A stretch of DNA of 64,000 nt, from NCBI GenBank assembly GCA_027592755.1, contig JAQCLE010000005.1, positions 11,909 through 75,908 on the forward strand, in the 5' to 3' direction. Positions 9,056 through 18,375 of this stretch are shown here, piece after piece (positions within the stretch are counted from its first letter, which is position 1; each line of letters starts with the position of its first letter). Under the pieces are notes generated by a model that was given only the letters and a program-made list of their open reading frames with translations, was not told the DNA's origin and searched no databases. A program made the translations under genes and the position numbers. Source of the DNA: Bacteroidota bacterium. GTDB taxonomy: Bacteria; Bacteroidota; Bacteroidia; Cytophagales; Cyclobacteriaceae.

Positions 9056-11869
9056 TTATTTTAGAATATGAACGAAACCTGTAAGTTGTTCTTTAGCATC
9101 TTCCGGATTCAAAACGTCAAAAATAATGTCGGCGACGTAATAATAAACTCCGGCAGGTAACTCTGTTCCACTAGATGTTTGTCCAGTCCATTCGATAAAA
9201 ATGCTTGTTTCAGGATTATCTTTGGAAAAGTAGTCGTACACTTTGTTGCCGTTACGGTCGAATAATTGCAATGTCACTGATTCTACAAATCTGGGACACA
9301 GCGATCTGTCGCTATTTGATCCATCTGATTCAGCGTAAGGGACGAACAGGTCGTTGATATTATCACCGTTTGGAGTGAATACATTTGGTAATTGAAAGAA
9401 TGGACAATTATCATGGCAAACGGCTTCAGTGAGTTCACTTTCATTTCCTGACCTATCCACAGCCGATATTTTGTAACACCCTTTGAATGAGGGGAGATTC
9501 TCATGGGTAAACTCTGTAAGTGTCACATTACCTACCAATTCGAAATCGCTTTCTTCTCCGGTGTCTGAGAAATAAATATTGAAACTACGAACGTCGTCAT
9601 CACATTCCGAAGCTATATTTTCTTCCCATTGCAGGGTATTGCTAAAATCACCGAAAGAACATGCCTGGTCAGCCAGAAAATTTGAACAATTGAAAGCATC
9701 TTCAAATCTAAAAGCTACGGGCATGCAAGGTGGAATCTCATCATTTGGCTGTGAACATCCAATTTGAGAATTGTTGATCAATGGTTCATCAATTGCTGTG
9801 TTCCCATACGACCCCTGTGTAGTGACGTAATAACAATAGACGATATCGTCATCCAATTCCTGCCCGTTGAAGCTTCCGTCATCGAGATATAGAAAACCAT
9901 TGATATTGACATTCACATCAGCAATCTGGTTTAATTCTGAAGGGTTAGTCGGATTGGTATGATCCCTGAACAGGTAATGATTTGGAAAATCCTGGATATT
10001 ATTTGACCATGGAACATTGGCCTCCCATGATAGCTCTATGGCTTTTACCAAAGGTGTTGTTTCCAACCGGACAGAAGAGGCAACTGCTGATGTATCAACT
10101 AAGTCTCCATTGGCGTCAAACAAATCAATTTGATAACTGTAAGGATTCCTCAAAGTATTCAATTGGGTATCTGTCCATACCGTATCACTTGTCTGACCAA
10201 GACTTACTCTGCCACCACCGGAAAACCCAACGGAACGGAAAACTTCATAGGTATAGGGTGGGGGGAAGAGGGCTTCATCAATCTCAAATGGTTCCATCCA
10301 TTTAACAAGAATTTCGCCGTCATTTTCATCGGTTGCTATTACATCTACATTGGTGACCACAGGAGCGTCAGCCAGTATTATCCTACAAGACTCTGCAGAT
10401 ACGAAGCTTTCTCCGCCGGTGGGAGCGGCAAATTCGGCCACCAGTCTATAGCAATAGTTAGCTCCAGGTGCAAGTCCGAAACCTTTGTTGTTGTCCAAAT
10501 AAGAAGTTGTGCTAACATCTATAACATCAATGAGCTCATAGCCTGTATAAGCCGGCATTCCTGTAAGGCACGAATCTTCAGGAATTTCAAACATATCCAC
10601 CCGCCTCCATATTTGCATGTTAGCAGCATTTGAACATTCGTAATTATCCCAATTGAGTTGGATGGCTTTTCCGGGGAGAAGAGTCGTTGTAAGTCCCTGA
10701 GGTCTGGGAGCTACTACTTGTATTTTCCAGGTGGCGAACTCCACCAATGAAGGGCCACGATTGGGTCCAGGTTTATCGGAAGCTTTTATCTGAATATCAT
10801 AAGGTGCTTGTCTAATATGGCTGCAGTTAGTTTGCCATTCAAAAGGCATGAAACCTGGGCTGTCTTGAAAAATTGGAGGAAAAGGTTGGTATTCAGCCGG
10901 AGATGAAATCATTTCAAAAGGCCCACCGAAAGCTTCAAGTTTAACCGGATCGCCCTCGGGGTCTTCAGCACGAATGATTTCTTCAATTTTTGTACCTGCT
11001 TCCACACATAAATCAGGTGGCACCATTATCTCCGGTCTTTCATTTTCGCTGTCTTTAATAATTATCTGCATGTCGCGGACCACAAATCCCAACTGGAACC
11101 ATATACCACTGATTTTTCGAAACTCCTTAACAATAAAAGCAACATTGTATTCCCCCTCTTTACCAGGAGCATTCCACGTAAGATCCCCTGTAAGATCATT
11201 GATGCTGAAAGTGGGAGGGCCGTCCTCAGTTTCATTGCCCTTGGAGTAATCACCGTAAAACTGGGGGGCATTCGGATCAGAATAAGCAAAAACAGTTGAG
11301 TCAGTTGACTGACGGGGAATGGTGAGACAATAGGCCAGGCTGTCACCATCAGGATCAAAAGCACCAGGATTGTGGATGAATTGTGACCCGACAGCTCCCT
11401 CATCGATTGGGGGAACAAGGAGAATGGGGCTGTTGTTCAAACCAAAAAAAGGATCAATAACAATTTCAGCTTCTACGTAGAAAGGTGTCTCAACTGAATT
11501 AAACATGTTAAGGATACCCTCATTTCTGTTTTCTTCACGATACTTTATTTTATAGATACCAGGTCCTGGAAATTCATGAATTACCTTAAAAAAGTTGTAG
11601 GATATTTCATTACCCAGGTCGATTTCGGTAACGTCGAAATCAGTATATGGTTCCTCCCTGCCATCTATGTCCAGATCCCCTCCCCCAAATAAAATATCAG
11701 AACCAGTATCCCGGTAGCCGATTACAGTAATTTCATAGGTTAGGCTCGTACTTGATATTCTTCTGATGATTATCTCACTGGCCCGGATGTGTGTGGCCAG
11801 GACCTCATTGGATAATATCAGTAAAGAGGCCAGGAAACAGCAGAGTAGCTTAGAAAATTTTATCACCAC
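9056..11869 (-). CDS. large secreted protein with a gliding-motility-associated (T9SS type B) C-terminal sorting domain
   Basis: 937 aa with a GTG start and a signal peptide. The N-terminal ATHIRASEI module is present. The C-terminus CPFFQLPNVFTPNGDNINDLFVP...GVYYYV is the hallmark of the type-B CTD. Confidence 0.8.
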   Translation of the reverse strand: MVIKFSKLLCCFLASLLILSNEVLATHIRASEIIIRRISSTSLTYEITVIGYRDTGSDILFGGGDLDIDGREEPYTDFDVTEIDLGNEISYNFFKVIHEFPGPGIYKIKYREENRNEGILNMFNSVETPFYVEAEIVIDPFFGLNNSPILLVPPIDEGAVGSQFIHNPGAFDPDGDSLAYCLTIPRQSTDSTVFAYSDPNAPQFYGDYSKGNETEDGPPTFSINDLTGDLTWNAPGKEGEYNVAFIVKEFRKISGIWFQLGFVVRDMQIIIKDSENERPEIMVPPDLCVEAGTKIEEIIRAEDPEGDPVKLEAFGGPFEMISSPAEYQPFPPIFQDSPGFMPFEWQTNCSHIRQAPYDIQIKASDKPGPNRGPSLVEFATWKIQVVAPRPQGLTTTLLPGKAIQLNWDNYECSNAANMQIWRRVDMFEIPEDSCLTGMPAYTGYELIDVIDVSTTSYLDNNKGFGLAPGANYCYRLVAEFAAPTGGESFVSAESCRIILADAPVVTNVDVIATDENDGEILVKWMEPFEIDEALFPPPYTYEVFRSVGFSGGGRVSLGQTSDTVWTDTQLNTLRNPYSYQIDLFDANGDLVDTSAVASSVRLETTPLVKAIELSWEANVPWSNNIQDFPNHYLFRDHTNPTNPSELNQIADVNVNINGFLYLDDGSFNGQELDDDIVYCYYVTTQGSYGNTAIDEPLINNSQIGCSQPNDEIPPCMPVAFRFEDAFNCSNFLADQACSFGDFSNTLQWEENIASECDDDVRSFNIYFSDTGEESDFELVGNVTLTEFTHENLPSFKGCYKISAVDRSGNESELTEAVCHDNCPFFQLPNVFTPNGDNINDLFVPYAESDGSNSDRSLCPRFVESVTLQLFDRNGNKVYDYFSKDNPETSIFIEWTGQTSSGTELPAGVYYYVADIIFDVLNPEDAKEQLTGFVHILK

Positions 11870-12082
11870 TTAGAATCGATTAATCAGCAATTTTCGACAT
11901 TTTAATTCTTCAATCCAACATGCTTAAAGTCAGGCTGTAGTACTGATTTTGGTTTATTTACCATTAGGTCAACTAAATGGTTGTTGTTTTTAACGAATTA
12001 ATCCTGATTAGGTCAGAATTTACAATTCATATACAATTAGCGTAGTGCTTCCCCTAATCACATAAGGTTAATTCAGATTGGT

Positions 12083-12741
12083 TTAAAGCTGGGTTTGAAT
12101 GAGATTTTGAAGATTGATCGACGGTTTTATTGAGGAATCCAATTCACTATCCGGAATTAGTTTTTCAAATGATTGGACGATTGGTAGAACACCAGCCCAG
12201 ATGTCAAGACTGTAATCTTCTAAATCATCTTTTGGAGGTCCGGTTCTTATTTTGGATGAAGCCTGTTCGATGCTAATTGCTAGTACTGTTGTCGCTTTGA
12301 GCTCCTTTTGGTTTGGCTTTCTCACATCTTCCCATCGCCCTTTCACGGCGTTTTCTGAAATAATGTATAGTGCATGATTTTTTTCATCGCCATGAACAAT
12401 TCGGGCCGTACCAAAACCACCGCAGAACGGTAATTCATCGAATGATGAAATGCTGACCGTGCCAAAACCAGTCCATCGACATGGGTGACATTCAGGCAAA
12501 CTTCCACCCCCTGTTCCAGGTTTGTAATCATTCGGCTGGTTGATGCGCCATGAATAAAGATCGTACTGTCCTCTCTGCCATACAAAGTTGGAATAACAAA
12601 GGGTTGACCATTTATGACAAAGCCAACATGACACAAAAATCCCGCATCGAGGATCTTATACAGTGTTTCTTTGTTATAATCGCCTCTTTGAGGTACTCGT
12701 TTGACTTTGTTTCGGTCAGTGATTGTGAATTTTTCACTCAT
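12083..12741 (-). pseudogene. pyridoxamine 5'-phosphate oxidase-family flavin-binding protein, frame-disrupted
   Basis: Two overlapping ORFs carry the two halves. 12343..12741 carries the N-half (...ARSAFHHSMNYRSAVV) and 12083..12634 carries the C-half (FGTARIVHGDEKNHALYIISE...GPPKDDLEDY...WAGVLP). They join if one base is added to the AAAA run at 12413-12416 (TTTT on the coding strand). Confidence 0.75.
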
Positions 12742-12829
12742 TCTATATTATTTATTGCTCAAGTTTAGGATAACTGGCGCATCTATTTCTTACCAGCAGT
12801 TAAATTGATAGTAGGCCACAATGGTTCAA

Positions 12830-13453
12830 CTATATTGTCTGAGGTAAATGCAGACCAAGTGCATTGGAGAAAAGCCATATGCCAAATGCAATCAGGATAA
12901 AGCCGAGCGCCTTATTGAGGTTAAGAATAAGTGCTGGTGTAACAACTGTTCGTAGCCTGTTTGCAAGGAATGATTTCAAGATATCTGATGAATAGACCAT
13001 CACAACTATGCCGCTGAAGAAGAAAAAATTCTCTATCGATTCTTTTCCGTAATTGATTTGGGCGATTCCAACAACACCGATCCAGAATATTGGAATGAAA
13101 GGATTCAGGAAATTGATCAACCATCCTTTCGCCAGATACTTTAATATATTGTCGTCCTCCAAAAGATCAATCTTGCTTTTTTCTACTTTTTTAGAGATAA
13201 GGACTAATCCATAAATCAACATGATCACTCCCCCGCAGAGCCCCAGAAAGACACGAAATTCATCACTATCTATCTTTGATAGTCCAAAAAATGCTAAGCT
13301 GATATAAAAAACATCACTCAGCATGACACCTATTGCCACCATTGCGGCAGTCTTAAACCCACGCTGTAAACTGGTTTGAACAACTGTGAAAAATACCGGA
13401 CCCATTGCCAGCATCAATCCCATTCCGAATAATAATCCTTTAATGAAAGCCAT
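12830..13453 (-). CDS. LysE/RhtB family amino-acid efflux protein
   Basis: 207 aa, about 6 TM, with an N-terminus (GLLFGMGLMLAMGPVFFTVVQTSLQRG) typical of LysE-type translocators. Confidence 0.8.
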   Translation of the reverse strand: MAFIKGLLFGMGLMLAMGPVFFTVVQTSLQRGFKTAAMVAIGVMLSDVFYISLAFFGLSKIDSDEFRVFLGLCGGVIMLIYGLVLISKKVEKSKIDLLEDDNILKYLAKGWLINFLNPFIPIFWIGVVGIAQINYGKESIENFFFFSGIVVMVYSSDILKSFLANRLRTVVTPALILNLNKALGFILIAFGIWLFSNALGLHLPQTI

Positions 13454-13459
13454 GGCGTT

Positions 13460-15010
13460 TTAGCTATTGAGAAGCATTTCCTTCAGGAAAACTTCCCAAT
13501 TTAATAAATTCTCATTCTTAAGCACCCGGGGAAATTTATTTTGGCCACCAATTTTTCCATGTTCTTTCATCCAGTCGTAAAAGATAATGTTGGGAAGGAT
13601 TTTCACTTTGACAGCGGTTAATGCTGCACCCCGCTCAACGCGGTAGTCATCATTGAGGGCTTTCAAACGCTCATCAATTTTTAATGATAGAAGCTGTTCA
13701 TCGATTCTTTCTTCGGTGCCTACATACCATTGATGGGCCCAAAGTGTACCGTTTTTAATACCAGCTACCGCAAATTCGTTGATTGTTATATTTAATTCTT
13801 CTGCCACAGACTCAATGGCTTTATTCATATTTTCAATTGACAGATGTTCTCCGCAAAGGTTTAGAAAATGCTTTGTCCTACCAGTTATGATGATTTCAGA
13901 ATCTTCCTTGGAAGTAAATTTGATGGTATCTCCGAGGAGGTATCTCCATGCGCCGGCATTCGTAGACAAAAGGGGAGCATATCCCGTTCCTTCTTTGATA
14001 TTGTTAATGAGCACAGTTTCCGGATTTGGTTTAAGGTTACCATCCGTATCGAAGTTATTATGGTTGAAGGGAATAAATTCATAGAAAATGCCATTATTTA
14101 ATACAATGCGCATTGACTTTGTATTGGGATGTGCCTGGAAAGCAACGAATCCTTCTGATGCCAGGTAGGTCTCCATATAAATCATAGGCTTGGCAAAGAG
14201 GCGATCAAAGCTTTTGCGATAGGGATCAAAAGCCACCCCTCCATGAACATAAATACACAGGTCTGGCCAAATATCATGAATAGTATTTAAATGATTATGT
14301 TGGATAATTCTTTCAAGCATTATTTGAATCCATGCCGGAATGCCAACGATGATACCTATTTTCCAATCTTTGGCTTTTGCAGCTATTTCATCAATCTTTT
14401 TATTCCAGTCAGGGTTTTTAGCGATTTTCTTACCGGGTTTGTAAAATTGTTGAAACCAGTATGGAAGCTGGCTGGCTGTAATCCCTGAAAGGTCCCCATC
14501 AAAGAAAGTACCGTGGTGATTGAGGTGGGTGCTCCCGCCTAGCATTAAAATACCAGACGTAAATAATTGATTAGGGACAGTGTACTTGCTCAGGGTAAGA
14601 ATTTGTCGGAAGCTCGTCTTTTGAATGGATTTAATCATTTCTCCGCTCACGGGAATGCGCTTGGAAGAATCCTCAGAAGTACCCGAGCTAAGTGCGAAAT
14701 ACTTTATCCTTCCCGGCCAGCATACATTTTCATGACCATCAAGACAATTTCGCCACCATTCACTATATATTTTATTGTAGTCGAATATTGGGATCGAATC
14801 TTTATAAAGGCGGTAAAACTCATTACCACTTTGTTTAAATCCCTTTAAAATGGCATTAAAATTGAAGTTTTTTCCAAAACTGGTATTGCGGGCATGAATC
14901 AACAATTTCTGAAGCTCAGCTTTTTGCAACTCCACAGGATTAGAATATTCCTGCTCTAGCGTTTCCCTGATTTTAATTCCTTTCTTAACGAGTGTTCCGA
15001 TTATTGCCAT
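13460..15010 (-). CDS. GH3 (auxin-responsive promoter) family acyl-adenylate-forming enzyme homologue
   Basis: 516 aa. ARNTSFGKNFNF, IPIFDYNKIY and the nucleotide-binding FALSSGTSEDSSKRIPVS follow the bacterial GH3 pattern. It ends 6 nt upstream of the LysE gene start. Confidence 0.8.
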   Translation of the reverse strand: MAIIGTLVKKGIKIRETLEQEYSNPVELQKAELQKLLIHARNTSFGKNFNFNAILKGFKQSGNEFYRLYKDSIPIFDYNKIYSEWWRNCLDGHENVCWPGRIKYFALSSGTSEDSSKRIPVSGEMIKSIQKTSFRQILTLSKYTVPNQLFTSGILMLGGSTHLNHHGTFFDGDLSGITASQLPYWFQQFYKPGKKIAKNPDWNKKIDEIAAKAKDWKIGIIVGIPAWIQIMLERIIQHNHLNTIHDIWPDLCIYVHGGVAFDPYRKSFDRLFAKPMIYMETYLASEGFVAFQAHPNTKSMRIVLNNGIFYEFIPFNHNNFDTDGNLKPNPETVLINNIKEGTGYAPLLSTNAGAWRYLLGDTIKFTSKEDSEIIITGRTKHFLNLCGEHLSIENMNKAIESVAEELNITINEFAVAGIKNGTLWAHQWYVGTEERIDEQLLSLKIDERLKALNDDYRVERGAALTAVKVKILPNIIFYDWMKEHGKIGGQNKFPRVLKNENLLNWEVFLKEMLLNS

Positions 15011-15084
15011 TCAGTAGAGTACTGATAATTCATACAATAAGTTTTAAAGTTAGATATAAATAGACATTTGAAATCTATTGATTA

Positions 15085-15092
15085 TAATTTTG
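15085..15092 (+). promoter_or_regulatory. candidate -7 promoter element (TAATTTTG) for yggS
   Basis: It matches TAnnTTTG and lies 21 nt upstream of the ATG at 15113. A TTTG at 15067-15070 sits closer than the canonical -33 spacing. Confidence 0.25.
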
Positions 15093-15112
15093 ATTGATCG
15101 ATTATTTAAAGA

Positions 15113-15784
15113 ATGGGGATTAAAGCGAATTTGAAAATATTGAATGATGAGCTAAAAAATCATAATTGTCGCCTGGTTGCTGTGAGCAAAACCAAGCCCA
15201 ATTCAATGATTATGGAAGCTTACAATGTTGGGCAACGGGATTTTGGAGAAAATAAAGTCCAGGATTTGGCGAAAAAGTATCAAGAGCTTCCAAAAGATAT
15301 CTGTTGGCATATGATCGGACATCTTCAGCGCAATAAAGTAAAGTACATCACTCCTTTCGTCCATCTAATTCACGGAGTTGATAGCCAAAAACTCTTGATG
15401 GAAATTAATAAGCAAGGGGAGAAGCACGACAGGCTGATAAATTGTCTTCTGCAAATGCATATAGCTACTGAGGAAAGTAAATTTGGCTTTGATCAAGGAG
15501 AGTTAATAGACTTATTAGAATCGGATGCAATTGCCAATATGAATCATATAAAGCTGAGCGGATTGATGGGGATGGCTACCAATACGAGTAACGAAAGCCT
15601 GATCCGATCGGAATTCCAGGGCTTAAAAAAATTGTTCGAAAGGATTAAATCGACTTATACGATACCCAATCTTGATTTTACCAAATTATCAATGGGAATG
15701 AGCGGTGACTACAAGATCGCAATTGAAGAGGGAAGTACATTGATCAGGATTGGTACGTCAATTTTTGGGGAAAGAAATTATTAA
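15113..15784 (+). CDS. yggS: YggS family pyridoxal-phosphate homeostasis protein
   Basis: 223 aa with the PLP-lysine motif LVAVSKTKP, plus HMIGHLQRNK and LSMGMSGDY. Confidence 0.9.
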   Translation: MGIKANLKILNDELKNHNCRLVAVSKTKPNSMIMEAYNVGQRDFGENKVQDLAKKYQELPKDICWHMIGHLQRNKVKYITPFVHLIHGVDSQKLLMEINKQGEKHDRLINCLLQMHIATEESKFGFDQGELIDLLESDAIANMNHIKLSGLMGMATNTSNESLIRSEFQGLKKLFERIKSTYTIPNLDFTKLSMGMSGDYKIAIEEGSTLIRIGTSIFGERNY

Positions 15785-15870
15785 GCCTCTTTAGCTCTCC
15801 CGAAATTTCGGGATGGTAGAGCAGCTCATTCGTAATGAGCAAGTCGCATGTTCGAGTGCGGTGAGGGGTT
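15785..15870 (+). pseudogene. tRNA-Thr(CGU)-like sequence with a 16-nt palindrome in the D-loop and a non-canonical T-arm
   Basis: The fold is GCCTCTT TA GCTC [TCCCGAAATTTCGGGA]TGGTA GAGC A GCTCA TTCGTAA TGAGC AAGTC ... GAGGGGT. The D-stem and anticodon arm are perfect (anticodon CGT). The acceptor stem needs 3 G-T pairs, the T-arm lacks the G53-C61 pair and has an 8-nt loop, and the D-loop is 21 nt. Confidence 0.45.
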
Positions 15871-15952
15871 CTTTCATTAATGAATGATTAACAAGCATAG
15901 GAATGCGCAGTAACGGCGTCCTCTGACTATTTGAAATAAAACCACAACCCTA

Positions 15953-17038
15953 ATGAATTCACATCCAAACATAAAAACACCTCTGATCAAAATCTTCTGG
16001 ATCACAATTGCATGGACTATTGTTGCTGTGTCTGAATTTTTTACCGGGTTGGGAGCATTGACCAGCTTCAAATGTGATTTGAGTGGTTATGACCCGTTTC
16101 TTGCATTCAAAGCCAGTGCCCTGGTTGGCCTTATGGCAGGAACAATAGGTGGAAGCGTTGTGGTTTTCTTGTGGGAAAAATGGCTACGTACAAAGAATTA
16201 CGGTTGGTCGTTAATTAGTATTTTTTTCTCATACTCCCTTATCTATTTGATAGTCTCTTTGTTGAACGGTTTATTTTTTCATTCAACGCAATTGAACCTA
16301 TCTATAGTGAGTGGTGAGTTATGGTCCATCGTTTTTGATCATTTGACCCAACTTGGACAGTTTCATAGTTTCTTTTTTTGGCTGGCAATTGTTGCCGTTA
16401 CACTCATCACCATGCAGGTCAATGATAAATATGGTCCCGGCGTATTCATTGATTTTATTTTGGGTAAATATTTTAAACCACGAAAAGAAGAACGGATCTT
16501 TATGTTCCTTGATCTGAGGTCATCAACTTCAATTGCAGAGAAACTTGGTGAGGAACGATACTTTAGTTTTCTGAAGGATGTTTTTCAGGATTCTACCGGG
16601 AGTATTCTAAATACCAAAGGCGAAATTTATCAATATGTAGGTGATGAGATAGTGATTAGCTGGAAGACCAATAATGGCGTAGAAAATGCAAATTGTGTGC
16701 ATTGTTTTTTTGAAGTTCAAAAGGCGCTTAACCTAAAGGAGACCTATTACAAAGAAAAGTATGATGGAATGGTACCAGAATTTAAAGCAGGATTGCATTA
16801 TGGGTATGTAATGGCAGGTGAAATTGGTGTGATCAAGAGAGACATTGTCTTTTCAGGAGATGTACTCAATACCACCGCAAGAATACAGGCGAAGTGCAAT
16901 GAAATGGGAGTCAATATTTTATTATCGGACTTTCTGTTCAAAAAACTCGATTTGAGCACTTTGTTGTTCGAGCCTAAAAAAATGGGAGGTATGGATTTAA
17001 GGGGTAAAGAACTATCAGTGATGTTATATACCGTCTGA
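15953..17038 (+). CDS. membrane-anchored class III adenylate/guanylate cyclase
   Basis: 361 aa with about 5 N-terminal TM helices. The cyclase homology domain follows: IFMFLDLRSSTSIAEKLG (metal Asp), YVGDEIVISW, GLHYGYVMAGEIG and FSGDVLNTTARIQ. Confidence 0.85.
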   Translation: MNSHPNIKTPLIKIFWITIAWTIVAVSEFFTGLGALTSFKCDLSGYDPFLAFKASALVGLMAGTIGGSVVVFLWEKWLRTKNYGWSLISIFFSYSLIYLIVSLLNGLFFHSTQLNLSIVSGELWSIVFDHLTQLGQFHSFFFWLAIVAVTLITMQVNDKYGPGVFIDFILGKYFKPRKEERIFMFLDLRSSTSIAEKLGEERYFSFLKDVFQDSTGSILNTKGEIYQYVGDEIVISWKTNNGVENANCVHCFFEVQKALNLKETYYKEKYDGMVPEFKAGLHYGYVMAGEIGVIKRDIVFSGDVLNTTARIQAKCNEMGVNILLSDFLFKKLDLSTLLFEPKKMGGMDLRGKELSVMLYTV

Positions 17039-17132
17039 TTAAAGGAAAATGATAAGAGGAATGGACTCTTGATCGATGATGGAGCATTCAGAAAATTCGA
17101 TAAGTCGTTTAATTGACTTAATTGAGATAGCA

Positions 17133-18068
17133 TCATCTACATAGGCGCTCATACCTTGCGTTTATTAATTTCAGATAGGCTTTTTTCATGTTTTGATTAA
17201 GGAAAGATATTTTGAGTAATTCCTCAAATTTTATCTTCGTTTTAGAAAGCAGCTCACTCTCGGCACCTAAAATCTTATCATTTAATCCCATTCTCTCTTT
17301 GCCATAATATTGAAATAATAAGGTCTCAGTGATTTTGCTTTTTTTGCCAGCCAATGGCAATGCAATTTCCTCAACAGCATTCCCCATTGAGACTGTTGAA
17401 TTCAGAAGATCATATGCAGGGCTGAGCTCAACTTTATAATTTCTGGTAATAAGACTGAAGTTCTTCAAGTGCATATCTTCATTTCCTGTGAGGAAACAAA
17501 ACAATACCCTGCGGAACAGCTTTCTTTTTTCCAACAGTGGGAAAGTACAGTATTGATCAATTATCGGTAACAGTTTCTCCATTGACCACTTGTACTTGGT
17601 ATCCCTGGTGTTTTCAGTCAATTGGGCAAAATCCTCGACGGCAAGCTTTTTGTTTTTTCCATACCGGTCAAAGCGCTTAATAAAATAGCTAAGACTTCCA
17701 TCTTTAGAGTAAACAAGACCGGTTAATGGCACTTCAATACCAAATATTGCGGCCATTTTCATTGTCAGGTCTTCATTTTCCGGAAGCTGCTGATATACAT
17801 CACTCTGGGGTTTGATGATGTAATTACCCCATTGGTCAACAACCTCAAACATCCGGTTTACAACCGATAGTTTTGCGCTCAACTTAGGCTGAACCCCCTG
17901 GATTGACATTTTGGCCGCTCGCGTAGCTGCTTCACGACGTTGTTCCTGAGCGGTGAATGGGAGGTCATTCAGGGTATCAAGTTTTGTTGAAAGCTTTGAA
18001 AGGCCTGATTTGCTATACTTGGCATTGCCACACAGCTCATATGTAATAGGACACCTATTCATCGTCAT
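17133..18068 (-). CDS. hipT: HipA-family Ser/Thr kinase core lacking the N-terminal subdomain (HipT-like toxin)
   Basis: 311 aa. It has the Gly-rich loop KMSIQGVQPKLS, the catalytic motif FLTGNEDMHLKNFSL and the Mg-binding region LSPAYDLLNS. The start overlaps the upstream ORF by 14 nt (ATGACGATGAATAG). Confidence 0.8.
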   Translation of the reverse strand: MTMNRCPITYELCGNAKYSKSGLSKLSTKLDTLNDLPFTAQEQRREAATRAAKMSIQGVQPKLSAKLSVVNRMFEVVDQWGNYIIKPQSDVYQQLPENEDLTMKMAAIFGIEVPLTGLVYSKDGSLSYFIKRFDRYGKNKKLAVEDFAQLTENTRDTKYKWSMEKLLPIIDQYCTFPLLEKRKLFRRVLFCFLTGNEDMHLKNFSLITRNYKVELSPAYDLLNSTVSMGNAVEEIALPLAGKKSKITETLLFQYYGKERMGLNDKILGAESELLSKTKIKFEELLKISFLNQNMKKAYLKLINARYERLCR

Positions 18069-18375
18069 TGTTCAAAGGCAATACTGTTACAGCACCTACC
18101 AGGTCTGCTCCAATTGTAACCAACTGCGTGAAATAGTCGTCCCTGTCGATTTTATAGATTTTCAATAAGCCATCCAATTGGATTCCCTCAGGCAGTAGTC
18201 CGTCAAAAAATGGAGGAAAGCCATTAAATGAGTAAGGGCGATCTTTTATAGGCATTGTTAACGAAATAGCCGGTCCATTGTAAACAGGGTCATACTGAAA
18301 AATATAATTTGTTGGATTCTCCCTAATCAATACCCCGGCATCTATATCATGCATTTTCACTAATACTCTTTTCAT
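18055..18375 (-). CDS. hipS: stand-alone HipA N-terminal subdomain protein (HipS-like)
   Basis: 106 aa. It follows the pattern of HipA N-subdomain 1: VGVL-type strand (DAGVLIREN...YIFQYD), ISLTMP, FFDGLLPEG and IGADLVGAVTV. An alternative start is M8 (18354). Confidence 0.7.
   Translation of the reverse strand: MKRVLVKMHDIDAGVLIRENPTNYIFQYDPVYNGPAISLTMPIKDRPYSFNGFPPFFDGLLPEGIQLDGLLKIYKIDRDDYFTQLVTIGADLVGAVTVLPLNNDDE

Noticed and set aside
9283-11418. Several 60-170-aa ORFs on both strands inside the 937-aa T9SS cargo gene (for example 10130..10633 and 11062..11418).
   Set aside because: They are nested in or antisense to a long ORF with clear domain signatures. They have no motifs of their own and are typical shadow ORFs.
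16798-17136. A 112-aa minus-strand ORF overlapping the 3' end of the cyclase gene and abutting hipT.
   Set aside because: It overlaps the well-supported cyclase catalytic domain and has no motif support. I considered it as a fourth TA component but found no evidence for that.
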